NCBI GenBank assembly: GCA_021432655.1 | Contig: MU271290.1 | Location: 62,001-105,987 of the forward strand | Length of the DNA stretch: 43,987 nt | Direction: 5' to 3' | Source of the DNA: Atractiella rhizophila | Taxonomy: Eukaryota | Shown: one piece after another, positions 12,076 through 23,505 of the stretch | How the letters are laid out: every line of letters starts with the position of its first letter | Numbering within the stretch: the stretch's first letter is position 1 | Made by a program: the position numbers and the translations under genes | The notes under the pieces: generated by a model | Database searches by the model: none | What the model saw: only the letters and a program-made list of their open reading frames with translations | Told to the model about the DNA's origin: nothing

Positions 12076-13368
12076 AAATTGAGGAAAGAAGTCACTGAGC
12101 AGGAAATTGGTAAAAGGCTTTCCACGTTTAGCAATGCTTTGGGTCTCTTGGAAAAGCTAACGGAAAGTCGTCACAAAGTTTGCGCTTGCACTGGCACGTA
12201 GAGGTGTTCAATAGGTTTATCCAATAAACTACTAGTAGATTAGAAAATAAAAATGTGCCAGCCACTCACTTTCGTTATTATTATTTCCTTTCCAGTTAGA
12301 TTCTGGATGTGGAAGTGCTGAGAGAGTTTTTGCCATGGTTTGCACGGAATGATACCCGTAGCTCTAGATCCTAGACTCGCATGGTTGAGACTTTTCAGCG
12401 TCGCTCGCTCAGACACAACCATAGACGCCCGTTCATTGTCGTTCCAGCTTCCTTGGGATTTGACCTTCCCATTTGACTTGCCCCAGCTTTTGTACCTTCA
12501 GTGAAACCTTTGTGCAAAGGAAACCTTCTACGCTTGAGAGAACCATTCTACCGTTCTATGATAAGGCGATGTAGGACGAAACTACTTTTTTACTGATAGT
12601 AACCCCAAATATTATAAAGATGTTCTCTTTTTCAGCTCGGTGGCATCGAATACTGACGGAGATTATCAAAAATTACCTTCATCTTCCAAAAAATTCGTCT
12701 ATCACATCCCTTTTCTGGACTCAGTACGTTAACCTTTGGTGTTAGTCTTCAATCTGTTGGTTGAAATTCTCTCTGACAAAATTTCCTTCACAGTGTACAC
12801 AAGTTTCCATGCACTGTGTGTGTGCTCTGACTTCCAGTTCATTGAAGAGTTTTCGCCATCTCGGTGGAGTTGTAGAAGAGGGGTACAGTACTCAGGGGAA
12901 TCATCCTGGGAAGACTTGTGCCGCATAAACTGAAACTGGAAAACCCGATTACTAAATCGTACTCCTTGTCCATTTCAGTGATTTGAGTGTCATTCTCGCG
13001 GCAAAGCCGCAGCTTCATGTGGCTATACTGTTGCTGGTAAAGTTCGTCAACGCCCTGCATAATGACATGAACGCTGGTAGATGTAGGTTATGAAAGGGAC
13101 TGCTAGCATAAGTTAATGATGATCTCTTCGCCAAGCGTTTACGCTGCCTAGCTGGTCGGACAAATCATTTCGATGCCAAAGGTGTACCAAGGTACCCAAG
13201 AGTGGATTGCAACAGGGAGTGTAAAACAACGATGGGGTTACATGCTAGTACTGAAAGGAGTCCACTGACTCAATGGCATCAAAATATCTGCTTCGCTGAT
13301 ACTCACCCGACCTCCCTCACAATAACAAGAAACAGAATACAGTCCGTCTTCAAAGCTCTACGATTGCT

Positions 13369-14119
13369 TTAAAATGCAACGCCAGCAGGGTACTCAGATC
13401 CAACGCAAGCCGCTGTCCTTTCCATCAGCTCCAGTTGACGAAAGCTGAAAACATGGACTTACTGCATGTAAAATAATGCTGAGGGTCATATGTTTTCTTA
13501 ATTGAAAGAAGCCTCGAGTAATGATTTCCCCAGAATGAGGATGGCCAACTCAGATCTAGTTCGTATTATTAAACCAATTCTGCAAAGAGAATGAAGAAAG
13601 AGCTCACCATCCGGATCTGCTTCGTTGCTTCATTATAAATCGAAGCTCGTAAGCTAAACCTTCGCCTGGAAAGCAAGACACGAACACATAAGAATTGGCA
13701 GAGCCAATGATAGAAGATAAATTGGCTTGTTGTTGAGCACCAATTTCACGAGCCGCCGTCTGCTCAGCTAGAGTAGCTCCCTCGGACCAAGTCGCGTACC
13801 TAGACACCGAAGCGTGAGCTAACACCTCCTTCAAGGGAACATGACGATTGGACGCACCAGGCGATGTGAGAAATTGCCGATCGCCAAGCCTAGATGTTGC
13901 AGTCAGCGAGGAACTCAAAAGTAAGGGTAAGACTTACGGGGTTGAGCGCCATGTCTGTTGATCCATTCATAACCTAATTGATGTCAATCGACTTTGCTCT
14001 TTGCAAGCTCTAAAACGGTGACCAACCTGACCTCCAGGAACTGTTTACAACCCCAGTTAGCAAGCGTCAGTTACAGCTTGGAAAACCTACCATCAAGGTA
14101 TTGAATTACTGGAAGAGTG
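13369..14119 (-). pseudogene. 5'-truncated BBE-like oxidase (last exons only), copy 2
   Basis: Near-identical to 2697-3444 and 19549-20297. It is cut mid-exon at the junction with the NPR3 fragment. Confidence 0.9.
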
Positions 14120-14800
14120 CCCCCACTCGGAGTTGCACTCAACGAGCACAAATCCACCTATCTAGACGTCTTGACGTGGCTTCTTCAGAAAGAGTTGGTC
14201 GTCCAGGCTCACTTCTACATCCGCTTGGTGGCACGTCCTGAAATCAAGAGAAGAGCCAGAGACAATCATTTCAGGTTGAAGAGAGAGAGGCGGAAGGCAC
14301 GCGCAGAAGACGGGGGAAGTGCAAGTGGAGAAGTGTCTCCGAATTATCTCACTCGTACGACGTCGAGCTCGTCCATTTCCTCCTCACTCTCCATCCACGG
14401 CCCTCAACCTCCTATCTCTCCATCTCATTTTCCCTCCTCACCTGCTTCCATCCTCGCTCGCTCCGCTGGCAACCTCACCCGCTCCGGCAATGACGGCGGT
14501 TCCAACGCATCTGAAAGCGATTGGGAAGAAGACATGTTGAAGCTTTCGGAAGATGTGGACACCCCTTCGATTATTGTGGAGCCGGCGCGCTTGACAAGGG
14601 TCGAAAGAAAGTGGTTGGAGGAGATATACGCAGAAAAGACGGAGGAGCTTGCAGGACTTTTGAAGAGTATTGTCCATTTGTGTAATGGGAAACATGGGGA
14701 CTATGAGATAATGCAGAGGACTGGGGTGACAAGGAGAGGGATGAGAGCTATAAGGAGGGAGTTCGAGGAAGATTTAATTGTCACTTTACATGTACCGTAG
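14117..14800 (+). pseudogene. NPR3: Duplicated 3' fragment of NPR3 (last ~227 codons, no ATG or promoter at its 5' end)
   Basis: About 6 substitutions versus 10806-11489. The frame is open and begins at a GTG at the duplication junction. Confidence 0.9.
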
Positions 14801-15009
14801 ATTCAAGCAATTTGTGATTATGGCCTTTGCCACCGTTATGGAGGACTTGAGATTCAAAGCAATCACTTCACAAAATCCGATACTCTAACATAGAAAAACG
14901 TTGTCCTCGACTTGTCCGATATTTTGGGTTGACTGTTCGAATATGGCAAACGTGGTATAGCAGAAACTACTTGAAGCGAATAAAGATTGCAAGCGAAGCG
15001 CATGCCATT

Positions 15010-15395
15010 TTCATTCAAACACTTGTAGAACATTCGTTCTTGGAGAAACTTGCCCCGCTAGAGCATTTCAACAAATCGATCGCAGCTATATGGAACGACA
15101 GCAAGCATCTTTGTAAACTGTAAGAACTGATGAGAAGTGGCTGATGAAAGAGTAAAAAGACTCACTTCCTCGAACTCGGGTAGAAAGGCTGCATATTCCT
15201 AATCAACAACTCCAGTCACATTCCCAGCCCTGCTATCGGCTAAGATGAAAGTTGAGGTCGTTGTGTGTGAGACCGTAGTACGCTCCGTATAATCATCGCA
15301 AAACTTCTGCAACCCGGAGTCTTTTCTGTCTGTGAACTGGATCTTGCAGTCATAGAGCTTTCTAAGGAATTGCCCGGCAGTCTCACACGAAATTG
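15010..15395 (-). pseudogene. APH-family phosphotransferase pseudogene fragment, copy B (ends approximate)
   Basis: Same remnant as 11700-12075, with the shared TAG at 15199-15201. Confidence 0.85.
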
Positions 15396-16675
15396 GGGAA
15401 AGAAGTCACTGAGCAGGAAATTGGTAAAAGGCTTAGATAGCGTAAGGATGCGGGTTTAGCAACTGAAAGTTGTCACAAAGTTTGCGCTTGCACTGGCACC
15501 TAGAGGTGTTCAATAGGTTTATCCAATAAACTATTAGTAGATTAGAAAATAAAAATGTGCCAGTCACTCACTTTCTTTATTATTATTTCCTTTCCAGTTA
15601 GATTCTGGATGTGGAAGTGCTGAGAGAGTTTTTGCCAGGGTTTGCACGGAATGATACCTGTAGCTCCAGATCCTAGACTCGCATGGTGGAGACTTTTCAG
15701 CGTCGCTCGCTCAGACACAACTACAGAGGTCCGTTCATTGTCGTTCCAGCTTCATTGGGATTTGACCTTCCCGTTTGACTTTTGCCCCTGCTTTTGTACC
15801 TCAATGAAACCTTTGTGCAAAGAAAACTTTCTACCCTTGAGAGAACCATTCTCCCTTCTATGATAATGCGATGTAGGACGAAACTGCTTTTTTACTGATA
15901 GTAACCCCAAATATTATGAAGGTGTTCCCTTTTTCAGCTCGGTGGCATCGAAGACTGACGGAGATAGACAAAATTTTTTGCAGATGTAGGTAATTTTGTC
16001 TATTACATCTCTTTTCTGGACTCGAGGTACGTTAATCTTTGGTGTTAGTCTTCAGACTGTTGGTTGAAATTCTCTCTGACTATTTCCTTCACAGTGTACC
16101 CAAGTTTCCATGCACTGTGTGCTCTGACTTCCAGTTGATTGAAGAGTTTTCGCCACCTCGGTGGAGTTGTTCACAATGTAGTCTTTCTTTACATGTTCAA
16201 GGGTTCCTGAGTATCATCAAATCTGAATATAAAGAGTTGATGGCCAATTAAACAGGAAACAATCAACATTATAAATTTCGCGCCCGTTGCATATGAAAGA
16301 GCACTGAGCGTCGCGAAAAAAAGGGCCACCACAGTAACAGAGTGTGGTTCCCTTGAGAAAAGTGTAGAGCTGAAAAGCAGTGCTGTCAAAATGCAAAAGG
16401 ACAGTTGTCCAACAGGGCGTACCATACCCTTCAGAGATCCTGTATGTGCTGTTACTTGCCGTTACTCCGTAAAAGGGGTTTACAGAGGCTAGATCCTCCC
16501 CACAACTTGACGAACCACCACGACATATGAGCAACTACAATTCGTACAAATAGTACTCCGTGAACTCAAACGATCCCAACTTGCGAGAGTAGGACCTTCC
16601 ACCCGCGAATATACTAGTCTCTGGATTGCCATCCTCAAATATACAAAGAGACGGATGATATCAACACAAACTGCT

Positions 16676-17578
16676 CTACGAAATAGGGACTTCTGGAACG
16701 TTAAAGTCCCTCAGGCGGTTGAAAAACAGGCGTTCCCTCTGAAACCTGCCCTGCCAGAGCATCTCGACCCATCGATCACACCCTCGTGGGACGACATAAA
16801 GCATCTTTGTAAACTAGAAAGCACATAAGCATCCGGATTAAGATATGCGAACGCTCACCTCCCAGAACTCGGGCAAAAAAGCTGCACATTCCCAGTCCAC
16901 AACGGCAGTCACATTCCCAGTCCGACTATCAGCTAGAATGTTTTCAAAGCTGAGATCGTTGTGCGTAAGCACCGTATTGCGCTCCCCATAATTATCGCAG
17001 AACCGCTGCAACTCCAAATCTTCCCTGCTCGTGTATCTGAGGTTGTATTTATAAAGTTTCGAGAGGAATTGTCCAGCGGTGTCACAAGGAGGCTGGACAT
17101 CGAAATTACTGAGTCTGTAATCCATGAAAGGTTTTCCGCCGACTGAACAAACCGCGTAGGGATGTATATTGTGAATGTTTCGGATTGCCTGAACGAAACT
17201 ACGAAAACTCTGCACAAAATTCGCGCGTTGTACATGGTCAAACGAACCAAGTAACTTCATGGAAAGTTGCTCCCCGGGAACGAAAGTCGTGACCATCCAG
17301 AAAGTTGTATCCCCTCTGGCAACAACATCGAGACAACGTGGAACCGACGTAATGCTTTGCATTTCGAGAAATCTGAGTGTGTTCGCTTCAACGTCATTAC
17401 CGCACAATTTTATGCAAATTCCAAGAGAAGGTAACAAAGTCACCGATTTTACACAGTAGTTTGGCCCTAGTTTGTGTTCTCGTAACACTAAATAATGATA
17501 GAGCTTGATCCTCAGGCACCGCGGAAGTCGAGAGATGCATGAAAACAGAACTCGGACGAGGAAGCCGAACCAATGCAT
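16676..17578 (-). CDS. APH/choline-kinase-fold phosphotransferase, about 285 aa, 2 exons (17578-16859, 16813-16676)
   Basis: Motifs EANTLRFL, VPRCL, WMVTTFVPG, Brenner motif LTHNDLSFENIL, and VVDWECAAFLPEFWE. The 45-nt intron GTGAGC..CTAG joins in frame to FTKMLYVVPRGCDRWVEMLW..EVPIS*. Confidence 0.92.
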
Positions 17579-18126
17579 GTCGTCAGCCTCATGCAGACGT
17601 ATCACACCCTAGGCGCACAATTCGCCGGACTTTGGTAGTGAGTCGAACTTCAGGACAGGAATTGAAAGCGTTTCAGAATGAGGACATCAACCTAACAGGT
17701 CAAGATAGCGGGCAAAACGTTCTACGGTCAGGTCTTCGCAGAATCTCCTTTGAACACCCGAGGTCTATAAAGTCTTGCTGAGACAACAAAAGGATGAACC
17801 CAGTGATGAAATGTCGCAATGCTTTGTCACGAGAATCGCTTGCGGCCGCAAAGGGATGTCCAAGCAGATCGCGGCCAAGGTTAGGAAAGGACGCCACAAA
17901 AATGTCAAAGAGGCTGAACACTGAGATAGGTGAGATGGCCGAGAGATTGTGAAAGCAAAGTTACATGTCACGTGCAACGTTTCTTTGTGCTTTCTTAGTG
18001 TCCTTGTTTGAGTTTGAATGTCAAGACCTTGTGCCCTTCAAAGAATCTCTAGGTCCTGGTTTACCCCATAAAAGGCTTCGTAGTTGCCGTCTCATCCTAC
18101 AACACAACGCGAAGGACATCCAAAGT

Positions 18127-18837
18127 ATGAACAACCAGAATTCAGAAGAGTGGAACTTTCCATTAGATGATCCAGCTTACTACACTCAGATGGATCTCTG
18201 GCCGACAACATCTAGAGGAGCTGGCGCTGCTCCTACCACTGGCCATTCTTCTCAAGCGGAACAAAATGTCCTCCCTGCTAAGCGGTTTCTCGAACTTAAA
18301 ACTCTCTATCTCATGCTATTTGGGCTGGATCAGCATAATGCTAGCAATGGCCTGTTTCATTGGGGCCTTTTGGCCACTTCATTGCCTTTTAACGGTGTCC
18401 TGTTCCATGCCGTCGACTCTCTGGACGACGCGACGAACCCTTGGGCTGTTCAGATCCGGGAGGCGTATGACATTACAAACTCCAACAGCGTTGTCCTAGT
18501 GTTGAAGATCGGCCGCATGTCGCCCGTACAATTGCTGGATCAGTTGAAAACCATGGGCTTACAGAGTAAAGATGGAAAATATCATATCGATTTTGCGACA
18601 CTTGTCAAAAGATTCTCTCACCACATCCAGCCCAAGGACAAGCGACTTACCTGCAGGGTATTCACGCTAATGGTCGTTTCCTACCTTTGTTCTGAAAAAT
18701 TACTTCCTGCCTACAACATGGACGAGCTTGAAAAAGAAGCAATCAGCCTAGCAAAAAGGAATGTGGATTTCATTAATAGAGGCAACAAGGATTTCGAGCT
18801 CCGTCTAGCAGAGTCTCAATTTTTGCGTGGCTACTAG
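18127..18837 (+). CDS. Intronless hypothetical protein, 236 aa (290 aa from the upstream ATG at 17965); putative permuted papain-fold enzyme, fungal DUF6914/DUF6540-like
   Basis: Long clean ORF with motif order FHWGL .. GVLFHA .. LTCRVF (His, His, Cys), as in permuted NlpC/P60 (PPPDE/LRAT-type) folds. The family assignment is from motif memory only. Confidence 0.7.
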   Translation: MNNQNSEEWNFPLDDPAYYTQMDLWPTTSRGAGAAPTTGHSSQAEQNVLPAKRFLELKTLYLMLFGLDQHNASNGLFHWGLLATSLPFNGVLFHAVDSLDDATNPWAVQIREAYDITNSNSVVLVLKIGRMSPVQLLDQLKTMGLQSKDGKYHIDFATLVKRFSHHIQPKDKRLTCRVFTLMVVSYLCSEKLLPAYNMDELEKEAISLAKRNVDFINRGNKDFELRLAESQFLRGY

Positions 18838-19548
18838 GCAGCACAATTTTTCACTTCCTACGTTAAGACTTCTGTAGTTTACTTTCGATTTCCCGGTCTT
18901 TCTCCAGCTTCTTTCTTTATTTCGCATCTACTGGATGTGGTCTCCTGAGGGGGGATTCAGTTCCTTGCTGTCTGTTTGATACCTTTGACTACCTGTTGCT
19001 CATGACTCGTCAGCATAGTAATGTTCTGCAAAATACTATGATGTGCTGGTCATAATCTTGGGCAGATGCTACCAGCCAGCTCGTTGATACGGAGCGGGCT
19101 TAATCGAGTATAATTGTACAGCATAAACTGGACGACCTAATTACCAGTAGCACACCTCGTCCGTTTCAGTGATTTGAGTGTCATTCTAGCCGCAAAGCCG
19201 CAGCGTCATGTGGCTAAACTGTTGCTCGTAAAGTTCCTCAACGCCCTACATGATGACACGAACGCTAGTAGATGTAGGTTGACTGCTGACATAAGTTAAT
19301 GATCTCTCTGCCAAGCGTTTACGCTGCCCCGCTGTTCGGACAAATCATTTCGATGCCAAAGGTGTACCAAGGTACCCAAGAGTGGATTGCAACAGGGAGT
19401 GTAAAACAACGATGGGGTTACATGCTAGTACTGAAAGGAGCCCACTGACTCAATGGCATCAAAATATCTGCTTCGCTGATACTCACCCGACCTTCCTCAC
19501 AATAACAAGAAACAGAATACAGTCCGTCTTCAAAGCTCTACGATTGCT

Positions 19549-22175
19549 TTAAAATGCAACGCCAGCAGGGTACTCAGATCCAACGCAAGCCGCTGTCCAT
19601 TTCCGTCAGCTCCAGTTAACGAATGCGGAAAAGATGGACTTACTGCATGTAAAATAATGCTGAGGGTCATATTTTTTCTTAATTGAAAGAAGCCTCGAGT
19701 AATGATTTCCCCAGAATGAGGATGGCCAACTCAGATCTAGTTCGAATTAAACCAATTCTGCAAAGAGAATGAAGAAAGAGCTCACCATCCGGATCTGCTT
19801 CGTTGCTTCATTATAAATCGAAGTTCGTGAGCTAAACGTTCGCTTGGAAAAGCAAGACACGAACACATAAGAATTGGCAGAGCCAATGATAGAAGATAAA
19901 TTGGCTTGTTGTTGAGCACCAATTTCACGAGCCGCCGTCTGCTCAGCTAGAGTAGCTCCCTCGGACCAAGTCGCGTACCTAGACACCGAAGCGTGAGCTA
20001 ACACCGCCTTCAAGGGAACATGACGATTGGACGCACCAGGCGATGTGAGAAATTGCCGATCGCCAAGCCTAGATGTTGCAGTCAGCGAGGAACTCAAAAG
20101 TAAGGGTAAGACTTACGGGGTTGAGCGCCATGTCTGTTGATCCATTCATAACCTAATTGATGTCAATCGACTTTGCTCTTTGCAAGCTCTAAAACGGTGA
20201 CCAACCTGACCTCCAGGAACTGTTTACAACCCAGTTAGCAATCATCGGTTACAGCTTGGAAAGCCTACCATCAAGGTATTGAATTACTGGAAGGGTGGCG
20301 AAAAAGGAAGCCATCGCTTCCAACGTGGAGTCGTCGTTGAAAGCAGACGCAGGGATAAGCCGCGTGATCATGACTTCCGTTTCGAGTGGGGTTTCGTGTT
20401 GGTTCCTACAGTCAAGGCAAATTCAGCGATTTCGGAAACCGCTGAACAATAGGGGGTATGCATACGCAAAAGGTTCTGTTGTCGAAACTTCGTACTGACT
20501 GGAGTACAGAGTAAATGTGACGGCGACGGTGAGTCCGTTTGCGGCCCCCCAGTCCTGTAAAGGCTGCCATAGAGCTTCTTCATCCGCCTGAGAAGTGATA
20601 TTCGGCTTGAAGGCTGCTCCAACGAGGAGGAATACGGATTGTGTCCCGACCATGAGATCTGACCATCGGTTCTGTTCGAGAGTTGGGATGAACTTCAAGT
20701 ATTCAAGCAGGGCTGCTTCGTATGTCTTTATCACTCATAAGTACCTCTACGTGGGGCAAAGAAAAATGTTACCTCCTGCGAGGTGGCCACGATCTGGAAG
20801 TTGGCGACCAGTTCATTTGTGACTGGAGGGTGTGTCTTCAGAGTCCAGGATACGATGACCTATTCGACAAGTTGTTATAAGAGAGCAACCACAAAGAAAG
20901 ACGGCGCACCCCAAAACCTGAACCACCTCCACGGATAGCCCACCAAAGATCGGTGTGGGAATTCTGCAGTTTGAAGTAAGTACTCGACCTTAAAACAATG
21001 ATGCAAAGGAATTGCAGACCTCATTGACCGTGAGTAGCACACCAGCGGCGGTGACAATCTGAAATTCCAATACCTGATCTACGGAGAGTCCCAAGCTTCG
21101 AGAATAACGGGAATGTCCACCGCCCTATGAGATATAGGGGTTATTCTCTGATGACTCTCTGTGAAGGTGAAGACGAACCAGTGTGTATCCAGAGACGGAG
21201 ACGGAGTCACATCCACCCCCAATCACGACGACACCGGCTTCATTGGCAGCTGCGTATAACTCTAGGGGAAGCAGTTTGGAAAGGATTAGAAACATAGGGA
21301 AGGCAAATGAGGAGGACGCACCAAAGAATTGGACACCAGCTCCAACAGTCACAGCGCTGCCTTTGCCGTTGAAGTCATCGTGGAACTCAATGTCTTTGAG
21401 GCTATGGATCGAAATGGCGAAAGCACCCTTCGCGCTCGAACCTGTCTTTATGTGAGAATACAGCAAAGTGGAAAGAAGAAACAGACCTCCGGTGAGGGAA
21501 TGCCCAGTGCTCTTGATGCGAACACGGAGGTTGTGCTGCCTGACGAAGGCGAGAGCAGTGATAAGATCGGAGACACTGGCAGCATCTGCGAACATAGGAG
21601 GCACCTGGAGCAACCAAAACGGTATGCTTTACTCATCTTAGCTTGACGGTAGAAAGACTCTTACCCTTCCCTGCCCGCATGGACCAGATATACCGGTGTC
21701 AATGCCACAGGAGTCATCTCCGTATCCATCACCCCAAGCTACAGCCGAGGGTCAGCTGTCTTTCTCGCGTTGAGGGAAACAGAAACACAGACTGTGTGCA
21801 ACGTATCCTCCATCGTCTTGGCTGACGAATTGTCCAATGCTCCAGTTTGTTGTGAGCGCAGCGCAAGCATCGGCATCGTATTCTCCATAGGTATCATGGC
21901 AGACTGTTGCAATGGGATGGACGGCATGGACGCGACCCGAAAGCGAGGTGTTGAGCGCCTTTTGATTTCCAGGTCAGCACAAGTTGACACTATGGGAAGT
22001 AACCAGGAAGGCTTACGTTCCATTGATCTGCAGTGGGCCAGCAAGAGTCACCGTAACCACAAGCGTTATCTGTGGCCTCTCGGATAGAAAAAGTTGTTGA
22101 CGCCAACGAGGAAGAGGGGAAAAGTGAAAGCGAGAAGGTAACGAGAGAGAATAATGAGCGAGAGTGGGAGATCAT
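19549..22175 (-). CDS. Secreted BBE-like FAD-linked oxidoreductase, copy 3
   Basis: Collinear with copy 1, with the same signal peptide, RIKSTGHS, GGGCDSV, FWGNHYSRLL and CVGSE motifs. Stop at 19549-19551. Confidence 0.9.
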
Positions 22176-23505
22176 CTTTAAAGAATCACAAGAAGTTGCA
22201 ATGTCGACTCTTGAGGTTTATGGGTCGCTAAGGGCCAGGCCTTTTATAGTCCCACTCCCACTCCTCACAGTTCCCTCTCGTCATCCTCATCGGGATACGG
22301 TCATCAAATTTAGATGAGAGAAGAATTGACATTCGAGAGTCTGAGCCGAGTATGGCAGCACGAACAGCAGCACGAAGGAATGATGGTATTATCCCATGGA
22401 TGTGGTAAGGATCAGCACTCGTGATGGCTGCGTGGATAGGTAGATAAGCGAAATGTCGATTATCTTCTGCGGTCACGCAGAAGTCCCAAAAAGATGAGTT
22501 TTAGGTGCTCGCTTCTCCTTCTGCTGCTAGTTTCTTCCAGCGAACAAAGCTCGAACCCTTACTCCGTCTGAACTGCGCGAACTCCACTTGACCGTGCTGA
22601 CCTTGCTCCAATCTGAGCTGAAGCTAGAATAGAACTGAGTTTGCGGACGGTGTGAGGAACTACGTCAAAAACAGCAGATTTCCAGAAAAGAAGGCGAACC
22701 CGAAATCGTGAGCTTCTCTACAGCAACGACTGTGCTTTTCGATTTCACGATAGACACCACGCCGCCAGGCGGAATACGTGCTTTCGCGCTTGCCTGCGCA
22801 AGAAAAGATATAATTGAAGCTCGGTTGCCACGTCTCAACGTGCTCAGTTGTGAGTGCTGGAACGCGTGTGCGGGCACATGAGCAAGAACAGTTGATCCAA
22901 AGGGAGGACACAGTAATGGGCATACAGTAGAAGAGGGGTTTCGGCCACTTTCATGTTGCCTTCCCCACTCATGCAAAGGAGGGTAACAGAAACGGATGAA
23001 GGAACTGTGCAGGACTCGTAGGCCGAGCTAACACCACTCCTGACTCTCCTTCAGAGTGAGTATCAGTTTTGGTTTGCTCTCACTGTTACAGCCCGTTACA
23101 GCTATCTGCGAAACGATGATCGAATCGAAGATTGTTGGTGATCGTGGCGAATGGTCACCTGACTTCAATACAATCGCACACTCAAAACTGCACTTTAGGA
23201 TTCTGTTTCATCGGCGACCTCGACACAGGGGCTGGCTAGGATGGTATAATGCGATTGACGCGTCCATTGCAAGAATAGGCTTGCTCGCACATACTCGCAA
23301 TTTCTCATGTAGGAGAGATCATTGGAAATCTCGTCCCCTGAACAAGTTCAAGTTTCCAGTCATTCTACACTTTTGCATTGATTTTGTAGGAGACAACAAC
23401 AGGGCTAGTCATGATACATCGTGTATTGGATGCAATCTGCTTCACAGGTTAGCTCACTCCTCGAGGGGTAATGTATACCCACATAACGCTCCAAAGCTAT
23501 GTTTT

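Larger units (their letters stand above)
10806..14119. repeat. Tandem duplication unit, copy A (NPR3 3' part, kinase pseudogene, spacer, BBE 3' part)
   Basis: 10806-12873 aligns with 14117-16170, and 12916-14119 aligns with 19114-20297. Confidence 0.93.
14117..20297. repeat. Tandem duplication unit, copy B, interrupted by a 2.94-kb unique cassette (16171-19113)
   Basis: Collinear with copy A on both sides of the cassette, and continues into the complete BBE copy 3. Confidence 0.9.

Noticed and set aside
16676..17578. Bacterial antibiotic-resistance APH acquired horizontally
   Set aside because: It has a spliceosomal intron and the motif pattern of the common fungal APH-like family; nothing indicates recent bacterial origin.
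16171..19113. Cassette as a Helitron or TIR transposon
   Set aside because: It starts with TC but has no CTRR end with a subterminal hairpin, no TIRs and no transposase. The flanking TTGT is present on both sides of the empty site too, so it is not a TSD.
2014..22471. RIP-like mutation of the duplicated segments
   Set aside because: Differences include many transversions and indels, copies are not AT-enriched, and the copia ORF is intact. No directional C>T pattern was evident by eye.
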